Part shown: positions 63,240 through 64,000 of the stretch, piece after piece
How positions within the stretch are numbered: position 1 is the first letter of the stretch
Layout: each line of letters opens with the position of its first letter
Source: Raillietiella orientalis
Taxonomy: Eukaryota
Direction: 5' to 3'
NCBI GenBank assembly: GCA_036172245.1
Contig: JAYWIR010000043.1
Location: forward strand, 372,001 to 436,000
Length of the DNA stretch: 64,000 nucleotides
Notes under the pieces: generated by a model
Databases searched by the model: none
Told to the model about the DNA's origin: nothing
The model's input: the letters and a program-made list of their open reading frames with translations, nothing else
Program-made: the position numbers and the translations under genes

Positions 63240-64000
63240 AGATCGGGAGTGCATCTGAAGAAAAAGAACTCTACGAAAGGTCAGGGGAGGACACGGAAGT
63301 AGATTGTGCTGTTCTCATAATCTGATTCGTATACCTATTCTCAAAGTTCATCATCCCCATCTTCATGGGACTGGAAAACCCAGTTTTATTGAAGATTTGC
63401 TTTACTGAACTGGAAATTGCCACGAGCAGGAAGGAAGCCATCGGTGAACCAGAATGAAATTGGAATTCAGGATTTCTTTCCACTTTGATTTGCCAAATAA
63501 TTATTGACATCGATAACGACCAGAAAGAAGTTTTTTTCAATTCCGGTAGGAAATTGACTCGAAATGCGATAGGGGCGATTACGGAGAGTGACCACCTCTG
63601 AGAATTCAAAGCATTCTTCCCTAAAGCAAATCTGTAGCTGTAACACTGTAACAACAGTCTTACCGTGGAGGATTCGGAAAATCTTTGAGGATCTTATCAG
63701 CCTTTGACTCTCTTCTGAGTTTGCGCACGTTCTGTGCGCTGCAAACATCTCGGTGTTTCCTACATCTGGCAACCAGAGAAGCTCTGATCAGAACGAAGAT
63801 CTGGGTTGCTGTGTAGAAACGGTGCGATCTTAAAGCCATCCGCAGGCAAAAAACTGGGGAACACTTTGGAACTGGGCCTTGGACCACATGACTCTGTGCA
63901 CTACCACACGAAACGAACAAACATTCGACAAGCCGACAGTGAGGGAATGCAACCTCAGTCGACTCGTGCAGCCTCAGAAGCGGCACATGGAGTAACACTT
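63240..64000 (-). pseudogene. EVE: decayed negative-strand RNA virus polymerase core (motifs F, A, B, C), running off the window end
   Basis: Colinear on the minus strand: TQIFVL (motif-F-like, ~63790-63807); LNSQRWS (~63590-63610, motif-A-like D-x-x-R/K-W-S); MKMGMMNF (63343-63366, motif-B-like); FSSDA (~63250-63264, motif C SSDD remnant). Confidence 0.5.

Noticed and set aside
1..64000. CRISPR arrays, rRNA, intact tRNA genes, operons
   Set aside because: None seen. The DNA is eukaryotic, and the only regular repeats are microsatellites, homopolymers and short imperfect tandems.

Overview
Eukaryotic genomic DNA from an invertebrate, probably an arthropod or other ecdysozoan (spliceosomal GT-AG introns, many only 39-65 nt; arthropod-style aralar C-terminus; NPF gene). 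Host genes: the last three exons of a type-I diacylglycerol kinase (+, 946-1624); a neuropeptide F/NPY-family precursor split by a 4-kb intron (-, 36310-40595), which the ORF track does not show as one gene; an intronless long-chain acyl-CoA-synthetase-like ORF with degenerate catalytic motifs (-, 47042-49303); STK11-interacting protein (-, 50690-54542); and, divergent from it, the aralar/citrin carrier (+, 56523-59330). The long 'intergenic' stretch is not empty. Manual translation through stops and frameshifts shows several mutually divergent, decayed fragments resembling the L polymerase of segmented negative-strand (bunya-like) RNA viruses. They lie in both orientations between about 3.5 and 25 kb, with one more at 63.2-64 kb, and are interleaved with decayed L1/Tx1-like retrotransposons, a hAT-type MITE and microsatellites. 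The viral calls rest on motifs recognised by eye against remembered family consensus sequences and need profile-search confirmation; their boundaries are approximate.
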